DNA from: an uncultured Gammaproteobacteria bacterium
GTDB lineage: Bacteria > Pseudomonadota > Gammaproteobacteria > Poriferisulfidales > GCA-002705445
Direction of reading: 5' to 3'
Length of the DNA stretch: 64,000 bases
Assembly (NCBI GenBank): GCA_913031205.1
Contig: CAJWEM010000004.1
Span: 1,207 to 65,206 of the forward strand
Both the position numbers and the translations under genes were made by a program. Position 1 is the stretch's first letter; every line of letters starts with the position of its first letter. The notes under the pieces were generated by a model. The model ran no database searches. It was not told where the DNA came from and worked only from the letters and a program-made list of their open reading frames with translations. Below are positions 50,976 to 61,648 of the stretch, one piece after another.

Positions 50976-52379
50976 TTAAATTATTTCTCGAACATCAACA
51001 AAATGCCCATGAATAGCTGCAGCTGCAGCAGTTGCAGGGCTTACTAAATGTGTTCTACTAAGTCTTCCTTGTCGTCCCTCGAAATTTCTATTTGATGTTG
51101 AAGCGCATCTCTCATACTCGTTTAATTTATCATCATTCATTCCTAAGCACATTGAACATCCTGGGCTTCTCCACTCGAACCCCGACTTTTTGAATATTTT
51201 ATCTAATCCCTCTTTTTCTGCTCTCTCCTTTACTAAACCTGAGCCAGGCACAATGATTGCACTTTTTATGTTCTTTGCAATTTTTTTATTTTTTACTATT
51301 TTTGCAACAATTCTTAAATCTTCTATCCTCGAATTTGTACATGAGCCAATAAAAATCTTATCCAACTCTATTGAATTTACGTTCTGTTTTTCTTTTAAGC
51401 CCATGTATGAAAATGCATTTAATAAGTCTTCTTTTCTAGAAAAAAACTTTTCATCTTCAAGATCTGGTAATTTATCGTCTACTGCAACTGCCATCTCTGG
51501 AGATGTACCCCATGTAATCATTGGGCTTGACTGAGTGATATCAACATCAACAATCTTGTCAAAATTAGCGCCGCTGTCGGTAACTAAATTTGACCAATAT
51601 TCCTTAGCTTTTAAAAATTCTTCGCCCTTAGGCGCAAAAGGTTTATTTTCAACGTAGCTTATTGTTTTTTCATCAACAGCTATCAATCCGGTTGTAGCTC
51701 CAGCTTCAATTGTCATGTTACACAAAGTCATTCTTGCTTCCATTGATAAGTTTCTTATCGCGTCACCTGTATATTCAATTGCAAAACCAGTACCACCAGC
51801 TGTTCCAATTTTACTTATTATTAATAAGGCTAAATCTTTTGAGTAAAAATATTCAGGCATTTTTCCTAAAATATTAATTTGCATATTTAACGACTTCTTT
51901 TGCAATAAACACTGAGTTGCTAATACGTGCTCAACTTCTGATGTGCCGATACCAAAAGCTAACGCAGCTAAGGCGCCATGCGTCGATGTGTGAGAATCCC
52001 CGCAAACAACGGTCATTCCAGGCAAAAGTATTCCCTGCTCTGGACCAACTACATGCACTATACCCTGTCTAATATCTTCAAGATCAAATTTAAGCAGGTC
52101 ATTTATCTGACAATTTTTATTTAATGCGTCAACTTGTATTTTTGAAATAGGATCTTTGATGCCATCCTCTCTCATTTTTGTCGGAACATTATGATCTGGA
52201 ACAGCCATAATACTTTTCTTACTCCAAATATTTCTTCCAGCTTGTTTCAATCCCTCAAAAGCTTGAGGAGATGTAACTTCATGAATCAAATGTTTGTCAA
52301 TATAAATAAGACTATATCCATTATCAAATGAATGGATATGATGTTCGTCCCATAATTTGTCATATAGCGTTTTTTTCAT
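50976..52379 (-). CDS. leuC: 3-isopropylmalate dehydratase large subunit
   Basis: Aconitase family with Fe-S Cys ligands ([15 protein letters not shown]). Confidence 0.95.
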   Translation of the reverse strand: MKKTLYDKLWDEHHIHSFDNGYSLIYIDKHLIHEVTSPQAFEGLKQAGRNIWSKKSIMAVPDHNVPTKMREDGIKDPISKIQVDALNKNCQINDLLKFDLEDIRQGIVHVVGPEQGILLPGMTVVCGDSHTSTHGALAALAFGIGTSEVEHVLATQCLLQKKSLNMQINILGKMPEYFYSKDLALLIISKIGTAGGTGFAIEYTGDAIRNLSMEARMTLCNMTIEAGATTGLIAVDEKTISYVENKPFAPKGEEFLKAKEYWSNLVTDSGANFDKIVDVDITQSSPMITWGTSPEMAVAVDDKLPDLEDEKFFSRKEDLLNAFSYMGLKEKQNVNSIELDKIFIGSCTNSRIEDLRIVAKIVKNKKIAKNIKSAIIVPGSGLVKERAEKEGLDKIFKKSGFEWRSPGCSMCLGMNDDKLNEYERCASTSNRNFEGRQGRLSRTHLVSPATAAAAAIHGHFVDVREII

Positions 52380-52399
52380 TCTCAGTTTGTTTTATAAGT

Positions 52400-53590
52400 T
52401 CAATTACGTGATTTTACTAATATAAACGACACAATAAAACCTAAAAAAGCAAATAATGATGCATATAAATATACCGTGGCTCCACCCAAAGGTTCCCAAA
52501 AATACCCACTATAGAAGCTTCCCAATGATCCTCCCAAACCAAAACTTATACTTGAGTACAACGCTTGACCTCGTCCTTGCAGAATGCCAGTGAAATACTC
52601 ATGAATCAATGAAATTGAAACCGCATGATACATGCCGTACGTTACCGCATGAAACAAAGTGGCCAGAATAACTATAAATTCATTATGGGCAAAGAATGAT
52701 ATCAATAACCATCTAAGAGTTGCAAATAAAAAACTTATGATAAACAAGTTTTTTAATCCATATTTTGGTATCCAGGAGGAAATTTTCATGAAGATTAAAA
52801 TTTCAGCAATAACTCCCAGCGACCAAATTACTCCGATCAAGTTTGTGCTATAACTATTCTCGGTTAAGTAAATCGCAAAAAAAGCATAAAAGGGTCCGTG
52901 ACTTAGTTGCATTAAGAAGCAAGATATTAAAATCCCCAATACTGCTGGTTTAATTATTATTGTTAATAATGAGCTTGATTCTGCCTTTGTATTATCCTCG
53001 GCTTTTTTTACATATAGTGTTGAAACCCATGTTAGAAATAAGAAGAATAAAATACAATATGGAATGATATTTATTCCATACTTACTGGTAAAAAATGACA
53101 ATATCAAAACTGATAAAATAAAACCAAGAGATCCCCAAAGTCTAATTTGGCTGTATTTATTATAAGATGAACCAAGAGTATTCATTGTTACTGCTTCAAA
53201 CTGTGGTAGTGACGCATTCCAAAAGAAGCTAAAAAAGAAAATCAATAACACCATTGGGTAAAAATTTTCAATTTGCGGAGCGAACATAAATATAAAAAGA
53301 CAGCTTAGTGCTCCAAATTGTATAACTCTATGTCTTAAACCAGTTTTGTCTGCTATCCATCCCCATAAATTCGGTGCAATGATTTTCGTTCCAATCATTG
53401 TCCCAGTTATTATTCCAATTTCATATGCGGTAAAACTTTTATAAGATAAATATAATGGCCAATAGGGTAAAAATGCACCAAGACTTGCAAAATAAAAAAA
53501 ATAAAACGACGAAAGATGTATATAAGAGCGATCAAGCATGATTGGCGCATCTAAAATATTACCTTTATATATATTTTTATCTTTATTCAA
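52400..53590 (-). CDS. MFS transporter (MFS_1-like)
   Basis: 396 aa, 12 TM helices. It lies immediately upstream of leuC on the same strand (20-nt gap). Confidence 0.75.
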   Translation of the reverse strand: MNKDKNIYKGNILDAPIMLDRSYIHLSSFYFFYFASLGAFLPYWPLYLSYKSFTAYEIGIITGTMIGTKIIAPNLWGWIADKTGLRHRVIQFGALSCLFIFMFAPQIENFYPMVLLIFFFSFFWNASLPQFEAVTMNTLGSSYNKYSQIRLWGSLGFILSVLILSFFTSKYGINIIPYCILFFLFLTWVSTLYVKKAEDNTKAESSSLLTIIIKPAVLGILISCFLMQLSHGPFYAFFAIYLTENSYSTNLIGVIWSLGVIAEILIFMKISSWIPKYGLKNLFIISFLFATLRWLLISFFAHNEFIVILATLFHAVTYGMYHAVSISLIHEYFTGILQGRGQALYSSISFGLGGSLGSFYSGYFWEPLGGATVYLYASLFAFLGFIVSFILVKSRN

Positions 53591-53681
53591 ATCAAAAAAT
53601 CCAAAGTATTAATTTTTATAATTTATTTTTGCTCAATAGTTTCTTTTTATGTCTAGAATTTTTTTAAATTTACAAAATTAA

Positions 53682-54743
53682 TTATAAATTTTGGGCTTTG
53701 TGTCTTAAAGAGTGATCCATCAAAACTAGTGCAAGCATTGCTTCTGCTATCGGAACCGCTCTGATACCAACGCAGGGATCATGTCTACCTTTTGTTACAA
53801 TAGTTGAATCATTTCCCTTGTTATCAATAGTTTTACCAGGAATTCTGATGCTGGATGTTGGTTTAATTGCAATACTTGCTCTTATGTCTTGGCCAGAAGT
53901 TATGCCACCAAGTGTTCCACCAGAATTATTACTTAAAAAACCATCTTTTGAGTCAATTTCATCTCTGTGCTCTGTACCTTTTTGAGTAACACATGAAAAA
54001 CCTGACCCAATTTCAACTCCTTTTACAGCATTGATACTCATCATAGCTTTTGCAATGTCAGCATCAATTCTATCAAAAACTGGCTCACCTAATCCTATGG
54101 GAACATTTTTTGCAATAATATCTATTCTTGCGCCAATTGAGTTGCCCTCTTTCCTTAATGAGTCCATATAATTTTCGAGATCAACAACTTTATCCCTATC
54201 AGGAAAAAAGAATGGATTTGTTTCAATATCTGAAAAATTTATTTTTTCTGGTGTTATTGGCCCCAGTTGTGAAAGATAGCCTTGAATTATTAGGTTAAAT
54301 TTTTCTTTTAAATATTGTTTTGCAATTGCGCCAGCAGCGACTCTTGTAGCTGTCTCTCTTGCGGAGGACCTACCGCCACCCTTATAGTCTCTTAATCCAT
54401 ATTTTTTATCATAAGTGATATCAGCATGGCCAGGCCTATATAAATCTTTTATATCTGAATAGTCTTTGCTTCGAGCATCATCATTATAAATTATCAGACT
54501 AATTGGGGTTCCAGTGGTTTTTCCTTCAAAAACGCCAGATAATATTTTCACAGTGTCTGACTCTCTTCGTTGAGAAGTGTGTCTTGTTTTACCAGGTTTT
54601 CTTCTATCTAAATCTTTTTGTATAGCCTCAATATCAATGTTGAGATTTGGTGGACAACCGTCTATCATGCACCCAATAGCTTCCCCATGACTTTCGCCAT
54701 AAGTACTAACTTTAAATAATTGTCCATAGCTATTTCCCGACAT
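53682..54743 (-). CDS. aroC: chorismate synthase
   Basis: [24 protein letters not shown]-terminus and chorismate synthase signatures. Confidence 0.95.
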   Translation of the reverse strand: MSGNSYGQLFKVSTYGESHGEAIGCMIDGCPPNLNIDIEAIQKDLDRRKPGKTRHTSQRRESDTVKILSGVFEGKTTGTPISLIIYNDDARSKDYSDIKDLYRPGHADITYDKKYGLRDYKGGGRSSARETATRVAAGAIAKQYLKEKFNLIIQGYLSQLGPITPEKINFSDIETNPFFFPDRDKVVDLENYMDSLRKEGNSIGARIDIIAKNVPIGLGEPVFDRIDADIAKAMMSINAVKGVEIGSGFSCVTQKGTEHRDEIDSKDGFLSNNSGGTLGGITSGQDIRASIAIKPTSSIRIPGKTIDNKGNDSTIVTKGRHDPCVGIRAVPIAEAMLALVLMDHSLRHKAQNL

Positions 54744-54785
54744 ACCAACTATTATATCAAAAAAAGAAGGTTAAATTATATAAAA

Positions 54786-55652
54786 ATGAAAGAAATTATA
54801 AAAATAATATTACATGAATTAAAAATTACGTTGTTTTATATAATTCCACTACGTCTAATATCGAGAATTACTTTCTTTCTTGCAAGAATAGAAAATAGAT
54901 TTACAAAAAAAATTTTTATAAAAACATATAAAAGATTTTTCAACATAGAGCTAGATGAATATCAGAAAAAGAATATAGATGACTATAAGAATTTAGATGA
55001 TTTTTTTATTAGAGAACTTGATTTTAACCATAGAAAAAAATTAGATGACGAAAGAAATATAATTTCACCTTGCGATGGAACTATTTCAGGATTTGGAGAA
55101 ATTAATGACAGCACGTTTATTCATGCAAAAAAACATAAATATAATGTAAGCGAACTAATTAATGAAAAAAATCATAAATTCTCAAATGGTAAGTTCGTTA
55201 ATATATATTTGGAACCAAAGGATTGTCATAGGGTATATATGCCATGTGATGCCATACTTTCAAAAATAACTAATATTCCAGGATGTCTTTATAGTGTTGC
55301 GCCTTATGCATCTTCAGGAATTAAAAATTTATACTCAAAAAATGAACGAGTAGTTTTGTCTTTTGAAAGCGAATCTTTTTTAATGACGATTGTTATGGTA
55401 GGTGCAGTTAACGTAGGCTGTATTTCTTTAACAAGACACGGAATTATTACCCCAAAAAAATATCGAGTAAATAAGAAAAATGATATAAATGATAAAAAAA
55501 TACAAAGTTACAAAAAAGGCGAGGAAGTCGCTATGTTTAATCTCGGATCAACAGTTATAATTTTATTAAGCGATATGCGAGGAAAATGGAATGATAATAT
55601 CGTTACTTCAAATAAAATTTTAATTAGAGACGAAATATTTAAATTAAATTAG
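54786..55652 (+). CDS. psd: phosphatidylserine decarboxylase proenzyme
   Basis: Start at the ATG giving MKEIIKI. LGST cleavage motif (FNLGSTVIILL) near the C-terminus. Confidence 0.88.
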   Translation: MKEIIKIILHELKITLFYIIPLRLISRITFFLARIENRFTKKIFIKTYKRFFNIELDEYQKKNIDDYKNLDDFFIRELDFNHRKKLDDERNIISPCDGTISGFGEINDSTFIHAKKHKYNVSELINEKNHKFSNGKFVNIYLEPKDCHRVYMPCDAILSKITNIPGCLYSVAPYASSGIKNLYSKNERVVLSFESESFLMTIVMVGAVNVGCISLTRHGIITPKKYRVNKKNDINDKKIQSYKKGEEVAMFNLGSTVIILLSDMRGKWNDNIVTSNKILIRDEIFKLN

Positions 55653-56218
55653 CTTTTGACTCTTGATACGTATTCTTTTGACCTTGTATCAATTTTTACA
55701 ATATCTTTTTCATTTATAAATAAAGGAACATTTATTTCAACTCCGGTTTCAAGTTTTGCTGGTTTTGTAGCTTTTGAAGTTGTATCGCCTTTTAGTCCTG
55801 GCTCAGTATGCTCAATCATAAGTTCAACAAAGTTTGGTATTTCTACACTAATTGCAATGCTATTAAAAAAAGTAATGGAACAAAGCTCCTCTCCTTTAAG
55901 CCAAACCCAATCATCATTCAAAATATCTTTTTTTAAAGATATTTGTTCAAAACTCTCTAAGTTCATGAAGAAATATTCTTGATTATCATTGTAAAGGTAC
56001 TGCATTTCGGAAATTAGAATATCTGCTGATTCTAAATTTTCACCAATTTTTAATGTTTTTTCGTTTATCCTACCATTGAGAAGATTTTTTAGTTTAATTT
56101 TACTAAAAGCTTGGCCTTTACCAGGTTTATGAAAAGAGTTATCAATTATCTCAAATGGCTCATTATTAATTAAAACTTTCAACCCGTTCTTTAAATTACT
56201 TGTACTATAACTTGTCAT
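55649..56218 (-). CDS. efp: elongation factor P
   Basis: 189 aa with KPGKGQAF (modifiable Lys34 loop) and OB domains. Confidence 0.93.
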   Translation of the reverse strand: MTSYSTSNLKNGLKVLINNEPFEIIDNSFHKPGKGQAFSKIKLKNLLNGRINEKTLKIGENLESADILISEMQYLYNDNQEYFFMNLESFEQISLKKDILNDDWVWLKGEELCSITFFNSIAISVEIPNFVELMIEHTEPGLKGDTTSKATKPAKLETGVEINVPLFINEKDIVKIDTRSKEYVSRVKS

Positions 56219-56231
56219 AGTTCCTTTGTTT

Positions 56232-57113
56232 TTAGCTATGTTTTAATAGTGCCTCAATCCTTGATTCTATTGATGGATGGCTGCTAAATAAACTTTTGAA
56301 GCTAGTTTCTTCTTTGCCAGATATTCCAAAAGCTGCCATTTGATCAGGTAAATTTGTTTTTGATTTTAAGGATAATGTTTTTAACGCTGAGATCATTTTA
56401 TAAGATCCTACTAAGTTTGCAGCTGAAGAGTCAGCAGCATATTCTCTTTTTCTTGAAAACCACATTACAATTATATTTGCTAGTATTGAGAGAAGTATTT
56501 GTGCGATTAGACTTGTTATAAAATATGCGGGGCCATGCCCCTTTTGCACCTTAAATATTATTCTATCAACAATGTGTCCAAATATTCGAGAAAAAAATAT
56601 TACAAATGTATTAACAACTCCTTGAATAAGGGACATTGTAATCATGTCTCCGCTACTTACATGAGATACCTCATGTGCGATAACTGCTTCAACTTCGTCT
56701 TTGTTCATTTGATTTATAAGGCCTGAACTAAGAGCAATGAGAGATTTGTTTCTAGAAGCTCCTGTAGCGAAAGCATTTAATTGGTTTGACTTAAAAATTC
56801 CTAACTCTGGTGTACTAATTTCAGCTTTTAAAGATATTGTTTTTAAAACTTCAATCAACCACTCCTCGGTAGAATTTTTTGGTTCCTCGATAATGGTTAC
56901 ACCCATTGTTTTTTTAGCAATCCATTTTGAAGCTATCAAGGATATAAAAGATCCTGCAAAACCGATAATAGATGAGATTAGTAGTAAGGACGCAAGATCT
57001 AAATTAATGCCCTGCTCGTCAAGAATTCCCTCAACACCAAATATTGACATAGTAATGCCAAGTACCAAAAGAATCGCGATATTTGTTCCTAAAAATAGTG
57101 CTATTCTAAACAT
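56232..57113 (-). CDS. htpX: membrane zinc metalloprotease HtpX (M48)
   Basis: Two N-terminal TM helices, the HEVSHV zinc motif, and C-terminal helices. Confidence 0.9.
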   Translation of the reverse strand: MFRIALFLGTNIAILLVLGITMSIFGVEGILDEQGINLDLASLLLISSIIGFAGSFISLIASKWIAKKTMGVTIIEEPKNSTEEWLIEVLKTISLKAEISTPELGIFKSNQLNAFATGASRNKSLIALSSGLINQMNKDEVEAVIAHEVSHVSSGDMITMSLIQGVVNTFVIFFSRIFGHIVDRIIFKVQKGHGPAYFITSLIAQILLSILANIIVMWFSRKREYAADSSAANLVGSYKMISALKTLSLKSKTNLPDQMAAFGISGKEETSFKSLFSSHPSIESRIEALLKHS

Positions 57114-57158
57114 ATAAATCCACTCAAAAAATTAGTAAGAATTATATTATTATAATAA

Positions 57159-59594
57159 TTGATGAATACCAATAATTATTTACAAGCTGGGAAAAGCATT
57201 AATGTAACTGCATCAGCAGGTACGGGCAAAACATGGGTAATAATATCAAAAATATTGCGTTTACTTCTTGAGGGTGAAGATCCTGAAAAAATTACGGCGA
57301 TAACTTTTACGAAAAAAGCCTCAGCAGAGATGAGAGAAAGGCTTAATGAAAAAATAGAAAGTTGGGCAACCCAAGATGAGGATAAGCTAAAATTTGAGCT
57401 AAGAGAAATAGGAATTAATAAAAATTATAGTAATTATGCAGATAGAGCAAAGAATTTGTTTTATGAAATCCAGATTAAAAATAAAGATATTCGAATATCT
57501 ACATTTGATTCATTTTTTGTTGAAATTTTATCTCAGTTCCATCTAGATAAAGATATAGAGAAAAATTATGAGACAAATACAGACGTAAATTCAAAAAAAA
57601 TTATCAATGATGTTGAAAAGAAAATATTTTGCAAAGATTATATTAAAGAGAATATTAAATTTGAAAGAAATATAAATTTTCTTTTACAATATACAAATAG
57701 TTTTAATTCGTTAAAAGAATCAATACGCGAGATAATCAATAAAAAATCTTATTATTTAGAGATAATTGAATCTAACAAACTTGAGACCATTGATATTTCA
57801 AAAATAGAAAAAAAAATTTATGGCTATCAAAATAAATTAATTAGTGAAGTATCCGCGATGTGTAATGAAATTGAAATAGAAAAATTTAAAGATCTTTCAG
57901 ATATTGTTTTTAAAAATATTTCTAACGAGCAAAAAATAAATTTCATCGTCAATTTCTTTTTTACAAAGGATAGGAAGATAAGAAAAAATATTGAAAAATT
58001 ATGTTCGAAAAATAATTACGATGTAAAAAAAATTATAAATGCAATATATCTCTACGAAAGTGAATTATTCAATGATATACAAATATTATGGAAAAATGTT
58101 GTCGGTCATTTTTTTACTGAGTATCAAAGAGTACTTAAAGAAAAACGATTATATGACTTCTCTGATAAAACCTGGCTTTGTTATAAGAAACTCTCATCAT
58201 TAAGTGATGATGATTGGATATTTTATAAAATTTCTAACTCTATTAAACATATTTTAATTGATGAATTTCAAGACACAAATTATATCCAATGGAAAGTTAT
58301 AGAGATGATTCTTGTTGCAATTTCAAATAATTCTGATGAGTCAAGTGTAACTATAGTGGGAGATGAAAAACAGTCAATATATGGGTTTAGAGGATCAGAA
58401 CCTCTTTTGTTTAAAATATGTAAGGATTTTACGAATAATTATTTTAATTCGACAAATATAATTCTAAATGAATCAAAGCGATCATCTGAAGAAATAATTG
58501 ACTTTATAAATAATACTTTCATAAATAATGAAAAATTCTCAACTTCTATTAAAGCTCAGGGAATGGTTAAGTTGAATGAAATAAAAAAAAATACTAACGG
58601 GAATGAGGTAGAAGACTTATTGATAGATGAAATGATTAAATTAGAATCGGAAATTATCTCAAAACAAATTATACAATTATGTAAAGAAAAAAATATTAAA
58701 TATGGGGATATTCTAATCTTAGTTAGAAATAGATCTCATATGAGCTATATAAAAGATTCATTAATAAACGAAGATATACCAGTTATTTTAGATAATAAAA
58801 TATGTTTGATGGCTCAACCTGAAATTAATGATATAAAAAATTTACTAAAATTAATAATAATCGATGATAATGATAAAGGTTTACTTTATAAATTATTAAT
58901 TTCACCTATTTTCAACATTAGCATAGGCAAACTTGAGAAGTTAAATATAAAAAATTACGCAGACATGAAAAAATTTCTTATCAAAACTGAGACTGGAAAA
59001 TTTCTTAGTGAATGGAAATCTCTCGTAGGAAAAATTCCAATTCACGATTTATTGGATAAAATATATAAAGATATCGACATTTTTACAAAGTATAGAAGTG
59101 AAAATAAACTTGAGAATATTGAAGTTAAGAATAATATTCTAAATTTTTTAAATTTAAGTTTAAAAATTAATAATGGAAGATATATATCACCACTATTCTT
59201 TTTAAACCAAATAGAAATAATGGAGAATTATGAAGAAACTTATGAAGTAAATTCATTAAATTCTGTTCGGGTTCTTACTATTCATGCTGCAAAAGGTTTG
59301 GAGTCAAAAGTTGTTTTTTTAGCACAAACATATAAAAAAAATAAATTAATGCAAAATAAAGTTTACCCAGTTTTTAATTCTGATCTTTCATGTAAAGATA
59401 TATTGTATAAATTCGATGTTTTTAAAAATAATATATTTATAGAAGAATTATTTCAGGATGCCTCTTATAAAGAAATTGCTGAGGAAACTAACCTCTCCTA
59501 CGTTGCTTGTACGAGAGCAAAAAATATATTAGTAATAAATGGTTTTAATACAAAAAAAGATAATTGGTTTTCTAGTTATTTAACTGACGAATAA
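57159..59594 (+). CDS. RecB/AddA-like superfamily-1 (UvrD/Rep family) helicase core without recognizable nuclease domain
   Basis: Motif I ASAGTGKT (identical to E. coli RecB), Ia ITFT, ISTFDSFF, II IDEFQDTN, III VGDEKQSIYGFRG, V VRVLTIHAAKGLE, VI SYVACTRAK. The protein ends about 20 aa after motif VI with no PD-(D/E)XK motifs. 811 aa and very K/N-rich. Confidence 0.7.
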   Translation: MMNTNNYLQAGKSINVTASAGTGKTWVIISKILRLLLEGEDPEKITAITFTKKASAEMRERLNEKIESWATQDEDKLKFELREIGINKNYSNYADRAKNLFYEIQIKNKDIRISTFDSFFVEILSQFHLDKDIEKNYETNTDVNSKKIINDVEKKIFCKDYIKENIKFERNINFLLQYTNSFNSLKESIREIINKKSYYLEIIESNKLETIDISKIEKKIYGYQNKLISEVSAMCNEIEIEKFKDLSDIVFKNISNEQKINFIVNFFFTKDRKIRKNIEKLCSKNNYDVKKIINAIYLYESELFNDIQILWKNVVGHFFTEYQRVLKEKRLYDFSDKTWLCYKKLSSLSDDDWIFYKISNSIKHILIDEFQDTNYIQWKVIEMILVAISNNSDESSVTIVGDEKQSIYGFRGSEPLLFKICKDFTNNYFNSTNIILNESKRSSEEIIDFINNTFINNEKFSTSIKAQGMVKLNEIKKNTNGNEVEDLLIDEMIKLESEIISKQIIQLCKEKNIKYGDILILVRNRSHMSYIKDSLINEDIPVILDNKICLMAQPEINDIKNLLKLIIIDDNDKGLLYKLLISPIFNISIGKLEKLNIKNYADMKKFLIKTETGKFLSEWKSLVGKIPIHDLLDKIYKDIDIFTKYRSENKLENIEVKNNILNFLNLSLKINNGRYISPLFFLNQIEIMENYEETYEVNSLNSVRVLTIHAAKGLESKVVFLAQTYKKNKLMQNKVYPVFNSDLSCKDILYKFDVFKNNIFIEELFQDASYKEIAEETNLSYVACTRAKNILVINGFNTKKDNWFSSYLTDE

Positions 59595-60318
59595 TATCAT
59601 CAGGACTTGTATAACCAAGAATTAATGTTCCATCACTCAAAAATATTGTTGGGGTAGAGCTAACACCAATACTTTTTATTAATTGCTGGTGCTCATCAAT
59701 AGGATTATCACAATCTTTATGATTAATTTTTTTCTCTTGTTTTAACAGTGTAAATGCTTTGTTTCTATCAGAAGCGCACCATGCTGATATAATTCTATCT
59801 TTCGAATTTGATTTATTCGCGAGTACTAGATAACGTACTTTAATTCCTTTTTTTATATACTTTGGTATGTCATTGTGAAATTTTCTACAATAAGGGCAGT
59901 CAATATCCGTAACTACATTAATATATTTTTTTCCATTTCCGTAAACAAATAATTTTGAATCAGATATTTGATCTAAAGATTTCTTTCTGCCTGATAATAA
60001 TGAGACTTCCGTTATATTTTTAAAAAAATATTCATTTTTTTCTTTAATAACTTTTTGAAGATTACCTCCTTCAAATATAAATTTTGCATCATTCGTTATA
60101 TATATTATTGCCCCTTCAAACGCTACTTCATAAATATTTTCAACAGGTGATTTTTTAATATGATCAAACTTATAGGCGGGAATTATTTCTTTTAATTTTT
60201 TTTCCAAGAATTTTATATTAGGGTCAAAATTTTCATCGCTAAAAACATTATTACAACTCAAGCAAAATACAGATATAAAAATTAAAAAATTTACTAAGCT
60301 CTTGGATGATTTCTGCAA
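59572..60318 (-). CDS. dsbC: thiol:disulfide interchange protein DsbC family
   Basis: Signal peptide, N-terminal dimerization domain, and thioredoxin fold with CPYC. Confidence 0.85.
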   Translation of the reverse strand: MQKSSKSLVNFLIFISVFCLSCNNVFSDENFDPNIKFLEKKLKEIIPAYKFDHIKKSPVENIYEVAFEGAIIYITNDAKFIFEGGNLQKVIKEKNEYFFKNITEVSLLSGRKKSLDQISDSKLFVYGNGKKYINVVTDIDCPYCRKFHNDIPKYIKKGIKVRYLVLANKSNSKDRIISAWCASDRNKAFTLLKQEKKINHKDCDNPIDEHQQLIKSIGVSSTPTIFLSDGTLILGYTSPDDIIRQLNN

Positions 60319-61193
60319 TGTAACTCCTTAAGTTCATTTTTAGCAATATGAGTATAAAGCTGGGTTGTGGATAAGTCGCTGTGTCCAAGTAATAGTTGAA
60401 CAACCCTAAGATCTGCACCGTTGTTTATCATGTGTGTTGCAAAAGCATGTCTTAAGGTGTGTGGTGATAAGTGTTCTTCGATGCCAACTTGTAAAGCGTA
60501 TTTTTTTAAAATATGCCAAAAAGAGTGCCTGGTCATCTCAGCTCCTCGATTACTAAGAAATAATGCATCAGTTTTTTTGGAAGTAATAAAATCTTTTCTG
60601 AAATCATCAATATATTTTTTTAAAAATGATAAAGCATAATCATTAATAGGTATAATTCTTTCTTTATTACCTTTGCCTAAAACTCTAAGAAAATTACTTT
60701 CCATATTAACTTGTGAAAATTTTAGAGAAACGAGTTCCGAAACTCGTAATCCACATGCGTATAAAATTTCTAGCATTGCTTTGTCTCTTGATCCAAAACG
60801 CGAATTCGTATTTGGAGCATTTAAAAGTTTATCGACCTGATCGATACCAATAGTATGAGGAAGAGATTTAATCTTTCTTGGAGTTTCAATATTTTCGGTT
60901 GGGTTTGTTTTTAAGAAATTATGCGAGTAGAGATATAAAAAAAATTTTTTCAAGGATGAAATTAATCGCATATTACTTCTTGAAGATATGCCATTCGAAA
61001 ATCTCTGGGAGATAAATGCGTTAACGTCCGATTGCTTTGTATCAAATAATTTTATTTTTTCTTTATCAAGGAACAGTAAAAAACTGTTAATGTCATGCTC
61101 ATAAGATAGTAGTGTATTTTTTGCTAAACCTTGTTCAGCCCATATATTATCCAAAAAGCTATCTAAATATTCATTGTTTAATTTCTTTTTCAT
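60294..61193 (-). CDS. xerD: site-specific tyrosine recombinase XerD
   Basis: R-H-R-Y catalytic residues (HTLRHAFATH...LLGHSDLSTTQLYTH). xerD-dsbC order as in E. coli. Confidence 0.88.
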   Translation of the reverse strand: MKKKLNNEYLDSFLDNIWAEQGLAKNTLLSYEHDINSFLLFLDKEKIKLFDTKQSDVNAFISQRFSNGISSRSNMRLISSLKKFFLYLYSHNFLKTNPTENIETPRKIKSLPHTIGIDQVDKLLNAPNTNSRFGSRDKAMLEILYACGLRVSELVSLKFSQVNMESNFLRVLGKGNKERIIPINDYALSFLKKYIDDFRKDFITSKKTDALFLSNRGAEMTRHSFWHILKKYALQVGIEEHLSPHTLRHAFATHMINNGADLRVVQLLLGHSDLSTTQLYTHIAKNELKELHCRNHPRA

Positions 61194-61246
61194 ATCTCTA
61201 ATAATATAATAAAGTAATTATAAATCTATTACAACGAGCAAAAGAT

Positions 61247-61648
61247 ATGGAAAATATTCATTTATGGAGAAGACTCGCCTCAATTTTTTATGATGGTGTC
61301 CTTGTTCTTGCAATTATTATTGTCACATCACTTCCGTTCTATAGCTTTAATGTAGAGGATAGTATTTTCCTTAAATTTACAATGCAGATTTATTTTTATC
61401 TAATAGTTCAATATTTTTTCGTTTGGTTTTGGGTAAATAGCTCTGCAACACTGGGTATGAAATCATGGAGGATAAAAATTGTTGATAGCGAAGGTAAAAA
61501 AATATCTTATAAAAAAGCCATAATAAGATTCAATATATCTATTTTATCTGCTTCTTTTTTTGGAATAGGTTTCTTAATTTCACTTTTTCGAAAGGATAGA
61601 AATTGTTTGCATGATATCATTTCGAAAACATACTTAGTGAAAGTTTAA
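61247..61648 (+). CDS. RDD family membrane protein
   Basis: 133 aa, 3 TM helices, conserved Arg/Asp positions (WRRLASIFYDGVL...). Family-level call only. Confidence 0.6.
   Translation: MENIHLWRRLASIFYDGVLVLAIIIVTSLPFYSFNVEDSIFLKFTMQIYFYLIVQYFFVWFWVNSSATLGMKSWRIKIVDSEGKKISYKKAIIRFNISILSASFFGIGFLISLFRKDRNCLHDIISKTYLVKV

Noticed and set aside
60294-61193. Tyrosine recombinase as a possible mobile-element or integron marker
   Set aside because: It is in conserved xerD-dsbC synteny with full XerD catalytic motifs. There are no flanking repeats, att-like sites, or cargo genes, so it is the housekeeping chromosome-dimer resolvase.
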